This document shows, one piece after another, positions 40,105 to 54,399 of a stretch of 64,000 nt of DNA (its first letter is position 1; each line of letters opens with the position of its first letter). The DNA is from the human T2T-CHM13v2.0 reference genome, Homo sapiens. The stretch lies in assembly GCF_009914755.1 (NCBI RefSeq), contig NC_060927.1; one strand, given 5' to 3'. The translations under genes were made by a program, and so were the position numbers. The notes beneath the pieces are model-generated. The model ran no database searches. It saw nothing but the letters and a program-made list of their open reading frames with translations, and was not told the origin of the DNA.

Positions 40105-41680
40105 CACATCTATTCTTTGTTTCATTTTATTACTTTTCAAGATGGCAATGATTCAAATAGATTTTGGATAAAATGTTAGACAACTGATGGGTTACCCTTT
40201 ACAATGGCACAATGCGTCAAACCAGTGAAAATACCATAGGCTGTAAGCATGCCTCAATAAGTCAGATTCACTGACATCCACTTTTAGAGGCAATAAATGT
40301 GAAACTCTCTAGTATGCTTGGCGTATTGGAGGACATTCCACACTGTTAATTTAAAAAATATTTAAAAGTAAATACATCTGGTAACATGGATCCTTCCATT
40401 TTTGTTTATATAATATAAAGGTGGTTATCTACACATAGAAAAAAGTCGTTTTATTTCCATCTCTAGAGGTAACATATTTTTAGATAATACTTATAGGTAG
40501 GACATTAGAAGGATATTAGAAAATATCTTATTTACCAAAGGTTCTTATTAAGAACGCAGGTTCCGAGGCTCCATCTCAAACCTATTGGAGCTAGTTTCTG
40601 GGTAGCATGGCCCAGGAATTTTCATTATATCAGGATTCTTATGTATTCTAGAGTTCAAAACCCTATACTGCTCAGTGGCATGAGGCCTTTGAGCCAATCA
40701 TTACACTTAGTTTGATTAACTGTTACCTTTAATAGTGAATATGAGCCCATAAGAAAACATGGGAAATCTGAATTTCTTTCAGAGGTACCATCTTTTTTCA
40801 AACTCTAATAGTTACAATTTGAATTCTTTTAAAAATACCTTCTGTTTTTCAGAGATATCTATAGATTTCTGCAAGAAGGAAGGTAACAGCTATCAAGAGA
40901 AGGACTAGGACAGTGAGGATTTATACCTTTCTGTCTTTCCTCCATTTATTTGTCTCTTAAACACATCATTAATACAAAAACAAGAAAGTAAATAATTCAT
41001 CAAAATAAATACATATAAATATGTAAATATTAAAAAACCATCTTAGTTTAGGTCTAAGTCATGCCATAAACAGAATGTGTACACTAGGGTCATTGTTCAC
41101 AATGGGGACTGAACTTGATCACTGTTTAAAAATTATGATCCCTTGGATGGGTGTCCTCCAATGGCTGCCAAACATAGATAAGCAGAAAACCAAGTGTGCA
41201 TGCTCCAGACTTCTACTCTTGCCTTAACTAAAGCAAGCTTACTTTTATGTTTGCCACGTTAGGGGTCCACAAGGAATACATTTGGAACAAGAAAATCAGT
41301 GTACTATAAGAAGTCCAGGTGTCAGATTTTAATAGGGATTCAAGTTTAGAAAAACACATCTAGGTTTTCTTTAAGTGCTTAAAAAGATTAAAGAGCCTGC
41401 CTTGTGCTAACAGCAGGGATACTTTTCATTTCTTTTGTTTTAGGGTTGGTAATTTCCACTGGAGTGGAGGGTGGAATTTCACTGTGTGTAACATAGTTAA
41501 TAGGGAAAAAGGGTTCCTATTTCATAAGCTACTCTGATGGGGGCATTTATCCACTTAGAAAAACCAGATTTACTCACTGAGAAACCCACTGAAGTCATCT
41601 GCTCTACACGTGTTCTTGGGCAAGTTCATTATTCATCTTCTGCTGCAGGTTGCTAATTTTTTAAAAAAGCTATTAATTAG

Positions 41681-41967
<287 letters not shown>

Positions 41968-42737
41968 GTTATTAATTTCTGCTTTCACCATTTGCACATG
42001 GTTTTTGTTATTAGTAATTGATCATAATGACCTGGCAGTCACTTGGTATGCAACAGATGGGCACTGGACTAGGACAGAGATGATGATTATGATTGGCTTG
42101 TGATAATAATGAAGTACAAAACTAACTATCTTTTAAAAATAAGTTGAGAAACCCCAGCAAATTTTCATGTGACTAAGTTAGATTTCAGTCTCTAAAGGCA
42201 ACCTAGTCTAGACCCAAGTTCCAATCACAGGATTCAGTGTAAATTAGATGTCATCTCCTTAGTCTTGTCTCATATCCTCTCTCAGCTTCTCAACTACCCA
42301 CTTTCATGGACATACCTTAGATATTGACATCAACTATAGTTAAAATCTTAATTTCAAGCATTCCACACTTATTTCAATTTTTCACCCCCATCAGGGCCTT
42401 CAATCTAAGGATGCTAAAATACTTTCACTTTACCTCAGCCCCATTATGTTTTTACTTCCTTTGTCACTTCATTTAGATTCCACTTTCCATCATGATAACA
42501 CTCTGCTGTGTGCCTTCTTAACTGTCTTATTCCTCTCTACAGTTGTATGTTTGGCAAAATCCAACCCTGGTAAATCTCCTTGTTCCCTGTACTTGAGCAA
42601 CTGAGAAAGACATAACCATGATGACCTAGCTCACTCTAAATATATGACCATGAAGCTCTAGTAGGCTTGGTAAACTTAGGTCATTTCTCCTTTCAACACT
42701 CTCCCGTACTTCCATGTGGGTATTTCACACAATACAC

Positions 42738-43222
42738 AGTGGGGATTAGGTTCAGCTGAATGTAACAGAAATCCACTGATGAATCTTCTTACATAAAGCA
42801 CAAGAAAGTATTTAATGGCTCTTTGAAAGTTCTACAAAGTTGTCAGGGACTCAAGAACCTTCCTTATTTTTTTCTTCTTCCTCTGCCATGCTTATACATG
42901 GCTTTTATCCTCAAGGTAACTAATATGGTTGCTGGAGTGTCAGTCTTCATATCTGAGTTCCAAGGAGCAGAAAGAGGAAGGCACGAGACACACGAGGCAC
43001 CTCTCAGCTGAGGTACTCCCCTTTAAGGAGTCTTCTTGGTAGTATCATACAACTGCATACTTTTTGCCATAATCACACATCGTCAACTCATCACACTTAA
43101 CTGAAAGGGAGGATAGAACATAAAATCTTTCTCTGTGTAACACAGGGCCAAGCTAAAAATAGGGGTTCTTTTACTAAGGAAGAGAGAGAAAATGGATATA
43201 GGACAAATCATTTTTGCTACAT
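42738..43222 (-). mobile_element. MLT1J/K-like LTR
   Basis: ggattaggttcagctgaatgtaacagaa, ttcatatctgagttccaagg, ggggttcttttactaaggaag. Confidence 0.7.
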
Positions 43223-44641
43223 GCCTTTTCTTCTCTCCTCAAATTTCAGCATCTCTCCACTGCCTTGCTCTCCACCAAGACCTTGCTTGTTTCTCTGAGA
43301 AAATAGAAGCAGTTGGAAGACATTATTCACATACTTCCATCAACAAATTAACTAACTCATCTACTTTCAGCTCCACATTTCCCTTTAGCTATTGTTCCAT
43401 TTCTCTGCTCCCTTTGAGAATAAACTTCTCAAAAGCATGTCAATTGCCTCTTCTACTTCATTGTCCCCCATTCTCACTAGAATCTAGTATAACCAGGCTT
43501 ATGTTTTCTGAAACTATATTATCAAGGTCACCAACGACCTTCATGTTGTCAAATCCAATGGTCCTCACTTTACTTGACATGGTTCTCTCATCTTATATGG
43601 TTCTCATTTTAGTTGACATAGTTCATCACCTCCTCCTTGAAACTTTTTCATCTCTTGCCACTCAGTATACCCCAGTCTCTTTGTTCTCTGTCCACCTCTC
43701 TGGCTACTCAGTTCACATTCTCTTCGCTGAATCCTTTTTATCTTTAATGACCTCTTAACATCTCCACTTGAATGCCTATTAGGCATCTCAAATTTAACAT
43801 GTGCCAAACTAGAACTCTTTATCTGAATATCCTCATCTTTCAGTCTTTCCCATTTCAGATGATGACAATTCTATTATTACTGTTGCTCTGACCGAAAGCT
43901 TTGAAGTCATCATTGTCTTTTCTCTGTTTCAAGTTCTACATCTTGTGTGTAAATCCTATTGGCTCCACCTTCAAAACATAGCCACAGCCTGACCTCTTCT
44001 CACTATCTCTGCTGCTAAGGGCCTAGTTCAAGCCTCATCGTTAATCACTGGGAACAGTGTAATTGGACTCTGTGTTCCTGCCCTCTTTCTAGAATTTTCT
44101 TTTCAACATACCAGTCAGAGTAACCCTTTAAAAATGTAAATTAAATCCCACCACTCTTCTGGTACAAATTTTCCAATAAATTCTCATCTTAGAATAAACC
44201 CCAAACTTCTTAGCTTCTGACCACAACCTACAAGGTCCTACATGATCCAACCCCTGCTACTCCTCTAACCTAATCTTTTCTTCCTGTCCTTATACTTCAT
44301 TATGCTCCCATCACACAGACCTACATGCTATTTTTCAAACATACCAAATACATTTTTTACTTCAGGGCCTATGCACTTGCAGAATCAGCTCTCGGGAATG
44401 CTTTTCCTGCAGTTACGCATAGGAATGTTACTCACTTTATTCAGCTGTCGGCTCATGCATCATCATCCCAGACAACTTGTCCTTACTACTCTAGGTAAAA
44501 TAGTACTTTCTTTTGCTTTTCAGCCAATTTATCCTGCTTCGCTTTTTGCATGGTCCTTAGTATTACCTGGCAGACTTATTTATATATTTGTTTATTTCTG
44601 GCTTCCCCTATTAGAATGCAAAATTCAGTAGAGTAGGGATC

Positions 44642-44941
44642 TTTTTTTTTTTTTTTTTTTTTGAGACAGAGTCTTGCTCTGTCACCCAGGCTGGAGTGCA
44701 GTGGCACAATCTTGGCTCACTGCAAGCTCCGCCTCCCAGGTTCATGCCATTCTCCCACCTCAGCCCCCCAGTAGCTGGGACCACAGGCGCCGGCCACCAT
44801 GCCCGGCCAATATTTTGTATTTTTAGTAGAGACGGGGTTTCACCGTGTTAGCCAGGATGCTCTCGGTCTCCTGACCTTGTGACCGACCCTCCTCGGCTTC
44901 CCAAAGTGCTGGGATTACAGGCGTGAGCCACTGCACCCAGC
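44642..44941 (-). mobile_element. AluY
   Basis: gcaagctccgcc, ttcatgccattctc, caccgtgttagccaggatg. Confidence 0.92.
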
Positions 44942-44942
44942 A

Positions 44943-45238
<296 letters not shown>

Positions 45239-45977
45239 TTTGTTTTCTTTCTTTTCAAAAAAAACACAACTCTATATTTCTAACATGTAGAACAGTGCCT
45301 GGCATAAAATAGGTGTTAATAAATATCTGTTGAACACTTTACTTAGAGACCAACTTGTACATCCACAGATATGTTAGATACCTCCTGAGTTTCTTGTGAG
45401 ATAATCTACAGACCAGTTAAGTTTGATCACAAATTAGCTCTTTTAGGGTTGCTTCCCAAATCCTGCCCATACCCTTGGGTGGATTTTCTGGCCTCCCCAC
45501 TGCCAAGATCCAGGGTAGGGATAAAGGAAGAGGAGTGAGAGTCAGACACTCTGGCTCACAGCCACCTAGTTGAAATCCCTTTGGAATCTCCATGCTCTTC
45601 TCAGAATTTTTTCAGAAAAGAAAAGAACATGCATACAAATTGGGAATAGGCTATTTAAGCAGATTTGTCTTTTGACTTCAAGTATGGGATACATTGATTC
45701 TTTATTCTTTGAGTACAACAATCTGAACATTCTCATTTTGTGGGACACTACCATGGTGTGAGTCTTGTTGAATGCAGGGTATTACCTCACATCATTGAAT
45801 CCAAAAAGTCCAATATTCTCTCTCCTTGGAATGGAGGCTGGAGAACGGGCACGTGACTGAGGGCTGGGACTTGAGTCCAGTGTTTCATAGTAACTTTCAA
45901 TCTGTTAAATGGCACAAAGTTAATGGCACCAGTATTCCACTCTGGCAGCAGACGTGACAGTGCCTGGTGACGAGAAA

Positions 45978-45996
45978 GCAGCGACATCTAGAGGTG
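45978..45996 (-). promoter_or_regulatory. Candidate CTCF motif
   Basis: Reverse complement CCTCTAGATGTCGCT, close to the CTCF core CCACTAGATGGCGCT. Confidence 0.5.
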
Positions 45997-46334
45997 GCAG
46001 GTGCACTGTCTTACAGTAGCAGTGGTCTCCTGTGGTCTAACCTCTTCAAGTATTTCGATTCTTTTCCATTTTGCAGGCCTGGTCTTCCACATTTTTGTTG
46101 ATCTGTGATCTCTTCATGTTTTTCTAGTATATTATCTTTGGATTAATATAACCAGAGTCAGTTTTTATTGCTTGTATTCAAGAACTCTAATTGATATGAA
46201 AGGTAAAAAAAAAAATTCCAAACAAAACAAACTATGGTAAAAACATGGTAACTTTTATATTAACTTTCTATCATATGATAATTAATGTACAAAGTATGAA
46301 TGGTACTATTTTGTTTTTCTTATATTTTAATAGT

Positions 46335-46684
46335 TGTGATGGTTAATTTTATGTCAGTTTGGCTAGGCCATGGTACCCAGATTTTGGTCAAATTTTATTC
46401 CAGATATTTCTGTGTAGGTATTTTCTAACGATGAGATTAATATTGACTCTGGGCAAAGCAGATTACCTTCCAAAATGTGGGTGGGCAATATCCAATCAGT
46501 TGAGGCCTTAAGAAAAAGATTGATCTGCTCTAAAGAAAGAGGAAATTCTGCTAGCAGATTGCCTTTGGACTCAAACTGCAACCCTTCTGTGGGTTGAGGG
46601 ACTGTTAGCCTACCCTGTAGATTTTGGACTTTCCAGGCCTCCAAAACCTTGTGAGCCTATTCCTTAAAATCTCTCTCTCTTCGT

Positions 46685-46723
<39 letters not shown>

Positions 46724-46755
46724 ATTCTGTTCTCTGGAGAATCCTGACTAATACA
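46335..46755 (+). mobile_element. MLT2-type ERVL solo LTR with internal (AC)17
   Basis: tgtgatggttaattttatg...cctgactaataca; perfect TSD ATAGT. Confidence 0.9.
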
Positions 46756-47150
46756 ATAGTGAAACAGATTACACTCTGATTGTGTTCCTCATACTAACTA
46801 GCTCTTGTAATACTTAACTCTTTGAGGCAATTATGCACCCCCACCCTCTTGCTGGATTCAGGCAAAGATTCTTTTGGGAGAAGGAGCTCCTGATACATCA
46901 GTGAGCAGACCCATTTCCACTTCCCAGAGGGTGTAAAGAAGGTCCAATTAGCGATTGGTCAGGGAATGTCAACTTATATGCAGCTACCAGTGATCTCTTA
47001 GACTAGCCCTTTCAAGGCTGCGGTGTGGGAGCTACACTCAGGAACAACAACCTCATAAACCAGAGATGTACCTCTGGGGACGCTGTTGCTGGTGGTAAGA
47101 GGTTCAGAGTGGTTGCAGTTGGACAAGATCTTGCCAATTCAAGCAATTCT

Positions 47151-47442
47151 TTTTTTTTTTTTTTTTTTTTTTTTTGAGACGCAGTCTCGCTGTATCACCC
47201 ACGCTGGAGTGCAGTGGCGCCATCTTGGCTCACTGCAAGCTCCGCCTCCCGGGTTCACGCCGTTCTCCTGCCTCAGCCTCCCGCAGCTGGGACTACAGGC
47301 GCCCGCTACCGCGCCCAGCTAATTATTTGTATTTTTAGTAGAGACGGGGTTTCACTGTGGTCTCAAGCTCCTGACCTCATGATCTGCCCGCCTCGGCCTC
47401 CCAAAGTGTTGGGATTACACGCGTGAGCCACCGCGCCCGGCC
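47151..47442 (-). mobile_element. AluYd-type (12-bp left-arm deletion)
   Basis: ggggtttcactgtggtctc lacks the 12 bp ttagccaggatg; perfect 16-bp TSD caattcaagcaattct; many CpGs intact. Confidence 0.88.
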
Positions 47443-48164
47443 CAATTCAAGCAATTCTAATAGGGTCATTGAATCTTTCTGGCTAGTATTGGAAATAAAC
47501 TAGGGAGGAAACAAAAAAGAAATGGGACTTAAGGCAAGAAGAAACGGACCAGCCTACTTCTTTGCTTCAAACCTGCCTGATGCCATAGGAATTGGAAGTT
47601 GAAAGGAAGGAATAAGAGAAAAGCAAGTGAGGAATGATGGGGAACTGGGAGAAATGGTGCCTGGTAGAGGGGGTGAGAAGAGGAACTAGTTTTTGAGGGC
47701 ATGTGAGACTACTTTTAGGAACTGTGCATGTAAAGACTAGATGGTGCTTGGGGGTCCTACATCATGCAGATGGGAGCAGCAAGCTAATAATGTACTTTGA
47801 CTAATATTTATTATATTGTAGTTATGTTGATTTGCTGTGAGGCTCAAACAAATGAGATGAGGTAGGTGATGGTGCTGGGTAAACCATAAAATAATGCAAA
47901 TGCAATTTAATAAAGGATATGTGGGTGTGCAGGAGAAAAACTATTCAAATGAAAGTTGGCACATCATTTTTCCATCCTACCAGCCTGCTCCTTTGCCCAG
48001 TTTCCCCTGATTTTAGGTGCTAAAAAGTAAAACCAAAGAGAAGGAAAGAAGGAATAGCAAATCTTATCAGCTCTCACCTAGACTATTGCAATAGTCCTTT
48101 CCCCCAGTATTTCCTGGAGTAATCCTTCTAAGGCAAATATGCTCTTATCACTTTCCACTAGAAA

Positions 48165-48594
48165 GTGGAAAGACACTGAGATATGCCACCTAGATCCTCC
48201 TTTGAGGAAGAACTTTATGGAGCGTGGTCAGCAGACAGCCTCAGCTCTCCACTCCTTTCATATCTGCCTCAGCTAGAGTCTCTCCCCCTTCCCCCAGTCC
48301 AGTCCCAACTTCCCTTCTGACCACACAAGTCACATCCTGAGTGGAAGTAGGAGGACAAGGCCTAGAGGTTTCTACTTGAAGAACTACAACTCTGAAGAGT
48401 CCTTCTTGCTTCAGAACTCCTTACTGGGTTGTAGTTCTGAGGCTTTGCTGGGACTGCATCTTAGCTTAACTTCTCTCTCCACCCACTCTTGCTTCCTCCT
48501 TTTGTCTTCTCTTCATAGATATTGATCCCTCATAAACATCTGGCACCCCAAACTCTGTCTCAGTACTTGGTTTCAGAGAATGCAGCTTGCATAC
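48165..48594 (+). mobile_element. LTR16A-like ERVL LTR inside L2 debris
   Basis: gccacctagatcctcc, gcagacagcctcagct, gggactgcatc, cccaaactctgtctcag. Confidence 0.7.
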
Positions 48595-49204
48595 CATCTT
48601 TAATCCTTTTAAGTGATTGCTTCTTGTCTCCACAGAGCTTCCTAAGTAGGAGGACGTGGTCATCTCCTAAATAGACCTGGCACACAGCAGGGGCTCAGTA
48701 AATACTTGTTGCCCTTGGTATGCAAAGCCAGAGGATGAATAGGAGAACAATATTCTTTCCTCAGCCCTTCTTTCTTACAATTCCTGCAGTATTGTTTTCT
48801 CAATAGAAATAAAAAACATTAAATAGGAATATCTTGTAGACTAGATTATAAGTTACCATGAGTTTTAAAGTTAAAACTTGTGAATTTCAAATTATTTTGG
48901 CCCAAGCAGGAAGTTGCTTTAATCTCCGGCCTCAAACCCTGGAGATTAAACCCTGTTGATACTTCTGTGCTGTTAGAAGGACATTCATTAATAATCTGAG
49001 AAGTTCTGATTGTCTGCATCCTGACCTACATAGTATAGCATAAAGCATTCTCCACCATCTGCTGTCACCATCTTTGCAGCCAGATCTCCTGCCTTCCTTA
49101 ATCTACATGCTTTACCCTAGCCATGTGGAACTGTTGTAGATTCCCTTGGAGTGGCCATGTGTTTTGAATATGCCCTAGATCCACCCGCTCATTTTTGTTC
49201 TGGT

Positions 49205-49650
49205 CATTGCATCTTGAATCTTTATTTTTGTTGAGGGTCCAGAACTTTCCTATGCCCTCTCCATGTGGTGTGGGTGAAGATGACTCTTCTTTTGGCTGGA
49301 GGAGTGGACTTGTGACCTAGGTCTGCCAGAGTGTCATGTTCCCTTGAACATAGTAACAGGAGATTGTGTGATTCAATTGGACATAGTAAGGCTCAATTTC
49401 GGGGCTTTTGTAAAACTAGTAGGAAAGAAGAAACATTTCTTTCTACTAGGGTTAATGAGAGACTGCCATGCAAGCTTAGAGTTGTTGCCAGCCACCTTGC
49501 CACCATGAAGGGGATGTCAGCCTCAGTATAGAGTCTACAGAGAGGAAAATGGAGCTGAGAGATAGAGATGCTAGTTTGTAATCTGTTAAATGCGTAGATT
49601 TAGACATATGTGAAGGCTGTATAACCCCAGATATTTTTACCTATTTGAGG
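49205..49650 (+). mobile_element. MLT1K/L-like LTR
   Basis: ctctccatgtggtgtgggtgaag, gccagccaccttgccaccatgaag. Confidence 0.55.
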
Positions 49651-52073
49651 CTGTACATTTCTATGCGTTTGTGTGTTTGAGTTTGTATATGTATATATGC
49701 CTTAAATGACACCTCACCTCTCACTCCTGGACCTGGCGAGCACCTTTGTTTTTTAAGCCTGAGGACAAATCACTTCCCTATTGAACAGGAATTCCTTGGT
49801 CAGAGGCTAAATTATTGCCTCCTTTGGTCTCTCATCGCATCTAGCCTATAGCTTCACTGGGGCATGTTTTACTTGCCGTGGTTTTCATCTGTTTACGTCT
49901 TCTGTTGCATAGTGATTCTCCTCCACTTCAGAGACTATACATTCTTTATTTTCTTATCTCCAGTGCATCATAGAGTACCTGGCACATGGTAGGTACTTTT
50001 TTATATTTGCATAAATGAGTGAAACTAGAAATAAGGGGTGGTCTATTATCTAAGTATAGCTACCCCAAAATACTGGATAAGATGTTTTTTGACTCTACTA
50101 ATGGGATTATATATGTTTTCACTTGCAAAGAAGCTTTATTTATTGGAAGTATTAGAAATATGATGGTACAAAGTGTAATTTCCAACTGAAATAGGTAGTT
50201 TCAAGAATAATGTCCTAGGATGACATGTGGAATGTACTATGGTATTCCCATTGCTGTGCTTTCTGTAGGCAACTTCAGTTCCTTGTTTTTGCAATCATTA
50301 GAACTTAACCTTTGTTTTGTACTTTTGTTGTGAAAACCAATTGATTCTCAGCAACAATATTGGAAGCTTCTTTATCCCACCAGGATTTAAGGTAGACTAG
50401 AAGATCCAAATCTGCCTTCTTCAAGTGATGCTTGAAGTTTTCACGCATATGGTGGGAAAACAACTGCTTCTCATTAGTTTAGTCTAAAATAAAAGCTGTT
50501 TAGTCTTTTGAACATTTTAATGAGTTATTTGCTTGATCGCTTGGGTGAAACATTTCTCTGCAGTTAAGCAAATATATTAGAGGCACGTACAAATCTGTCA
50601 AACTTGATGTGTTGACTTTGCTCAGAACTTGGTTATTAATAATTTCTTAATAAGCAGCCCTTTAATCCTCCTGGTTTTGTAGACTGAACCTTTCTGATAT
50701 CAAAGGATGAAGAGAGAGACATAGTAAACCTTTCTGTAAACATTGAGAGGAAGTTGGTAGGAGGCTCTCTGGCCCTGATGTGGTTTGCAAAATACATCAA
50801 AGCCGAGCAGTAAGAAATAATTATAATCAAGAAACTGAAAATGGTGACACAGATATATTTGTCTTTTGGTGGGAATGTTACTCCATCACACCATTTAACA
50901 GAATTGTTTGGGAATAGTAGTAAACAGATTTTATTATTAAGAAGAACTAGGAAAATTTTGTCTTTTCACTTTATGACAGGAAGGCAGACCTATAGAGTGG
51001 ATATTTTCTCTTTTTTCAAAAATTTTACTGTGCTTTTACTGTTATTTGGAATAAACTCACATTCTATAGGTTAAATCACCTACTCTATTTTTAAGGACTG
51101 TGAGTTACATATGCATATTTGCTAGTAGGCAAAGTAAATGAAGTTATGATTGTATTACCAAAGTACAAAATTTGCTAAGTAAGATTTGGCTACAGAGAGG
51201 ATAAGGGATAAAAATAAATATCATCTTGGAATATTTTTAAATGCACAGTGACATTTCAGGAGAAATGTACTTAGTTGCCTATTTTTTGAAAAAGCAAAGA
51301 TCAGAGAAGTGAAATGTGGGAGTGATTCTATTAATGTTTCTGGTAGATTTTCCTATATTCTTAAAAATCTCAAGTTTCTTTCAGATTCATACACTAATAA
51401 TTATATAAAGAGGGCAGAGAAAACAGCAATTATTATGATGACTGGATTAAGTACCCTGGCATGAAACAGAGAAAAACAAGCGTATCTGCATATGGGAACA
51501 TGGCCACATAATGTTTTCAGCAACAGATTTCTATGGAGGATTTTTGGCATGAGTAATAAACATTCATATTGTTGGAATTGCCACATGAGTTATACTGGGG
51601 ACTATTTTAAGATAAACCGGAACCTGTTAATTATTTCTTGGACTCTATAGTTCTAATTTATGTATTGTAAGATAAGAAGAATGTAAGTTGTTGATGACTT
51701 TTCTCTGGAGCATTATTAGTGCAGGTGTTTGTGGTTCTGAAACAATTTGAAAATTAAAAAATTCTGTGTAGCATTTTCAAGTCAGTAGGTGTAGGGTGTA
51801 TTGATGATTCAAACTAATATATTCTGATTCAATCAATTATAATTGGCAGAAGCAGATTAGAACTCTAAGTAGGATGGGATATTCTTACCATTTTTGACTT
51901 CTCTTATCCTCAGAATGTCATGAGGAAAATGTGATAATAATAATAATGCCAATCTCATAGTATGGCTACTGTGAGAATCAGATAAAATTATGTATGTGTA
52001 GGGCACTTTGTAAATTACAAGTTACTAAATTGTATCTATACTTATTACCATTTTAAAAACATCGACGTTACTT

Positions 52074-52560
52074 CTAGCAGACGCTTATGATACACCGAGC
52101 TTCATCCTGTTAGCCCACCTGATTTTAGTGCAGCTTAGGTGGACAGCTCCATGTGAGTTAACAGCATCCCTCATCAAGCACAGGATGTGACCTCTCTCTG
52201 CTGCCTTGGAGTGCTTTTTGTGAAAGCGCAGAAGGCTGATCAGTCATATACAGACACAACCTGGAAGCTTGGGGAAGCGAATGCCCTATGAGATAGGCTT
52301 GCTCCAAAGGCTGGTGGGAATCAGTGCATAAATGTCTCAGGCTTCTTGTCCTCTGGTGAGACAAATCTGAGATATGGCCCACGCCATTCCCCAGAGGAGC
52401 CTCAGTGAGAGTGAGCTGTAGTTGCCCACAGCAATAATCAGCAGATTAACACATGGATTGTACTGTCTTTTCCCTACTCCCTCACTTCTGCTTTCTGGGG
52501 CTGCCTCTCTTCAAACCATCTGCACCCAGCCTTTGTCTCAAGCTTTGCTCTCTGGAGGTA
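52074..52560 (+). mobile_element. LTR16C/E-like ERVL LTR
   Basis: gttgcccacagcaataa, ctccctcacttctgctttctggg, ctttgtctcaagctttgct. Confidence 0.65.
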
Positions 52561-53344
52561 TTACTCTAGCCTAACTCCCTCTAGACATATTAGCATAGTG
52601 CTAAAGAAACAAAAAAACATCAAACTACAGCAAAAATGAGATATTTCAGTAAGCACCCTATGGAGAAAAATTCCTGGCAATGAGTTTTACTACCATACTG
52701 AAGGGATTAGGGAACTGCTGTGATAATAGGTACTGTACTCAGGACTTTCAGAACTTCAGAGCTGTTGTTTTCAGTATATTTCAGACCTTTAATTACAGAA
52801 GAAAGTCTTGAATGTGGGGAGTGGGAACTCAAATCAGTTCTGTTTGAGTCATTGAATAACACTGTATAAAGTCTGCTGTTATAAAGCACTGTGAAAGGGG
52901 CGACCTAAGGAATGAAGAACAAAACATCAAAGGAACAAGAAAGAAGGAAGAATTAAGAATCGTGTGGATAATTGAGTCCCCAAACTTTGCCTGTTTTAGG
53001 CTTCCTTCCAATCCAGCATTTATCTTGGGACTGCCGGGTCTTATGTTCCATGAGTGCTGGGAACTCTGTGTATTGTTCCCTCTGTGTCACCTCACACAGC
53101 ACATGGGACACAGCAGCTGCAAATAAGCAAATTTGGAATAAATGAATAAATTAACTGATTGAATTTCCCTGCTTAGGAGTGTGATGTGAGGGAAAGCCTT
53201 AGACCAGAAGGTGGCAGAAGGGGTTCAAGCCTAGGATCTGTCATTAACCTGACACATCAGCTTGCCAGCTCAACAGTCCTGCTGGTGCTGGGTATCCCAA
53301 CACCGAAACAAAGGCCTTTAATTGGTTTCAGAGTTTTAAGAAAA

Positions 53345-53565
53345 CTTGTTAAGCAACCGGACTTTGAGAGCAAGCAGAAATGGGTGTGAATCAAGACATC
53401 CCAAATGGGTGACCTTGTGAAAGTTAGTTTACATTTCTAATCCTAAAGTTTTGAGTTTGTCAAAGGGATACAATGATATCTTCCTCTATGGATTGTTAGG
53501 ATGCTAACATTTAACATAGATAAAACTTTTCATATATAGTAGTCAATAATGTCTACTATTCCCTG
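53345..53565 (+). mobile_element. MIR
   Basis: ggactttgagag, gggtgaccttgtgaaagttagttt. Confidence 0.55.
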
Positions 53566-54399
53566 CTATCTTCTTTTATTATTGGATTTCTGTGAGTCTC
53601 CATTTATCTGACAAAGAACCCTAGACTGGAGGAAATAGAAGAAAAAGAGTAGGACTGAGTAATTGATAGCTTGGGAAAAACCCTTCCAATATCAAAGAAC
53701 TATTTATTTTTGTTGTTATATATCCAAATATTATAGATATATTATCAGGAAAGTTGGCATGCATACTAGTAATTTATTTTCTAGAAAAACTAGTATTTTT
53801 AAACTTTCTTAAAACTCAGACGTTTTATTTTTGGTCTTCCAGATTTCTATTGCCTCTTTGTTTTTTCATCTTCTCTTTGTTTTCACGGGTATCCTGCTTC
53901 CTTCTGTCAGGGGCTTTCTTCTCCTCCTCTTTTTCCCTGAGGACTTGGAGTCTTGCTGCGAGTTGGTAGTACTGTCTTGAGGACTCTGTTCTTGCACCGA
54001 CCTTTTCTGCCAGTTCCTGAGCTCTCCAGCCCCTTTCATTAGAAGGAGCCAAGCATTCATTTGTTCACTGAGCATTTTATTTTTGTAGCAACTTACTGAA
54101 TCTTCCAGTTCAGTGGATGCATTCCAGGCCAGAGGCTGCCTAAAGTATTTTTCAACAAATTCCTCCAAACTCTCCTTCCTGGGTGTGAACTTAAAGATTG
54201 TTGGATGGGAATGGGCATGCTTGGCAACAGAATGCAGAGGGGAAAACTGGTGAGTTTGGTGAGCTGGAAGCCTGGCTTTACCTGGCTAATATGCCTCAAC
54301 TGGTGAAGACCCTTTGGTGTTAGAAATCATTCCTCCCCTCCTTCCAAATTAACCCCCAACAAAGAAACAACATTTTTGCTTAGAAGAGTTACTTGTTTC

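Noticed and set aside
43192-43758. 188-aa ORF as a gene
   Set aside because: Decayed L2 RT remnant
48151-48172. Short hairpins (here and near 18193, 24282 and 33985)
   Set aside because: 7-9 bp stems are expected by chance in 64 kb of AT-rich DNA
53825-54168. K/E/R-rich minus-strand ORFs
   Set aside because: Explained by a purine-rich strand; no recognisable protein or convincing splice frame, though a weak pseudogene cannot be excluded without a search
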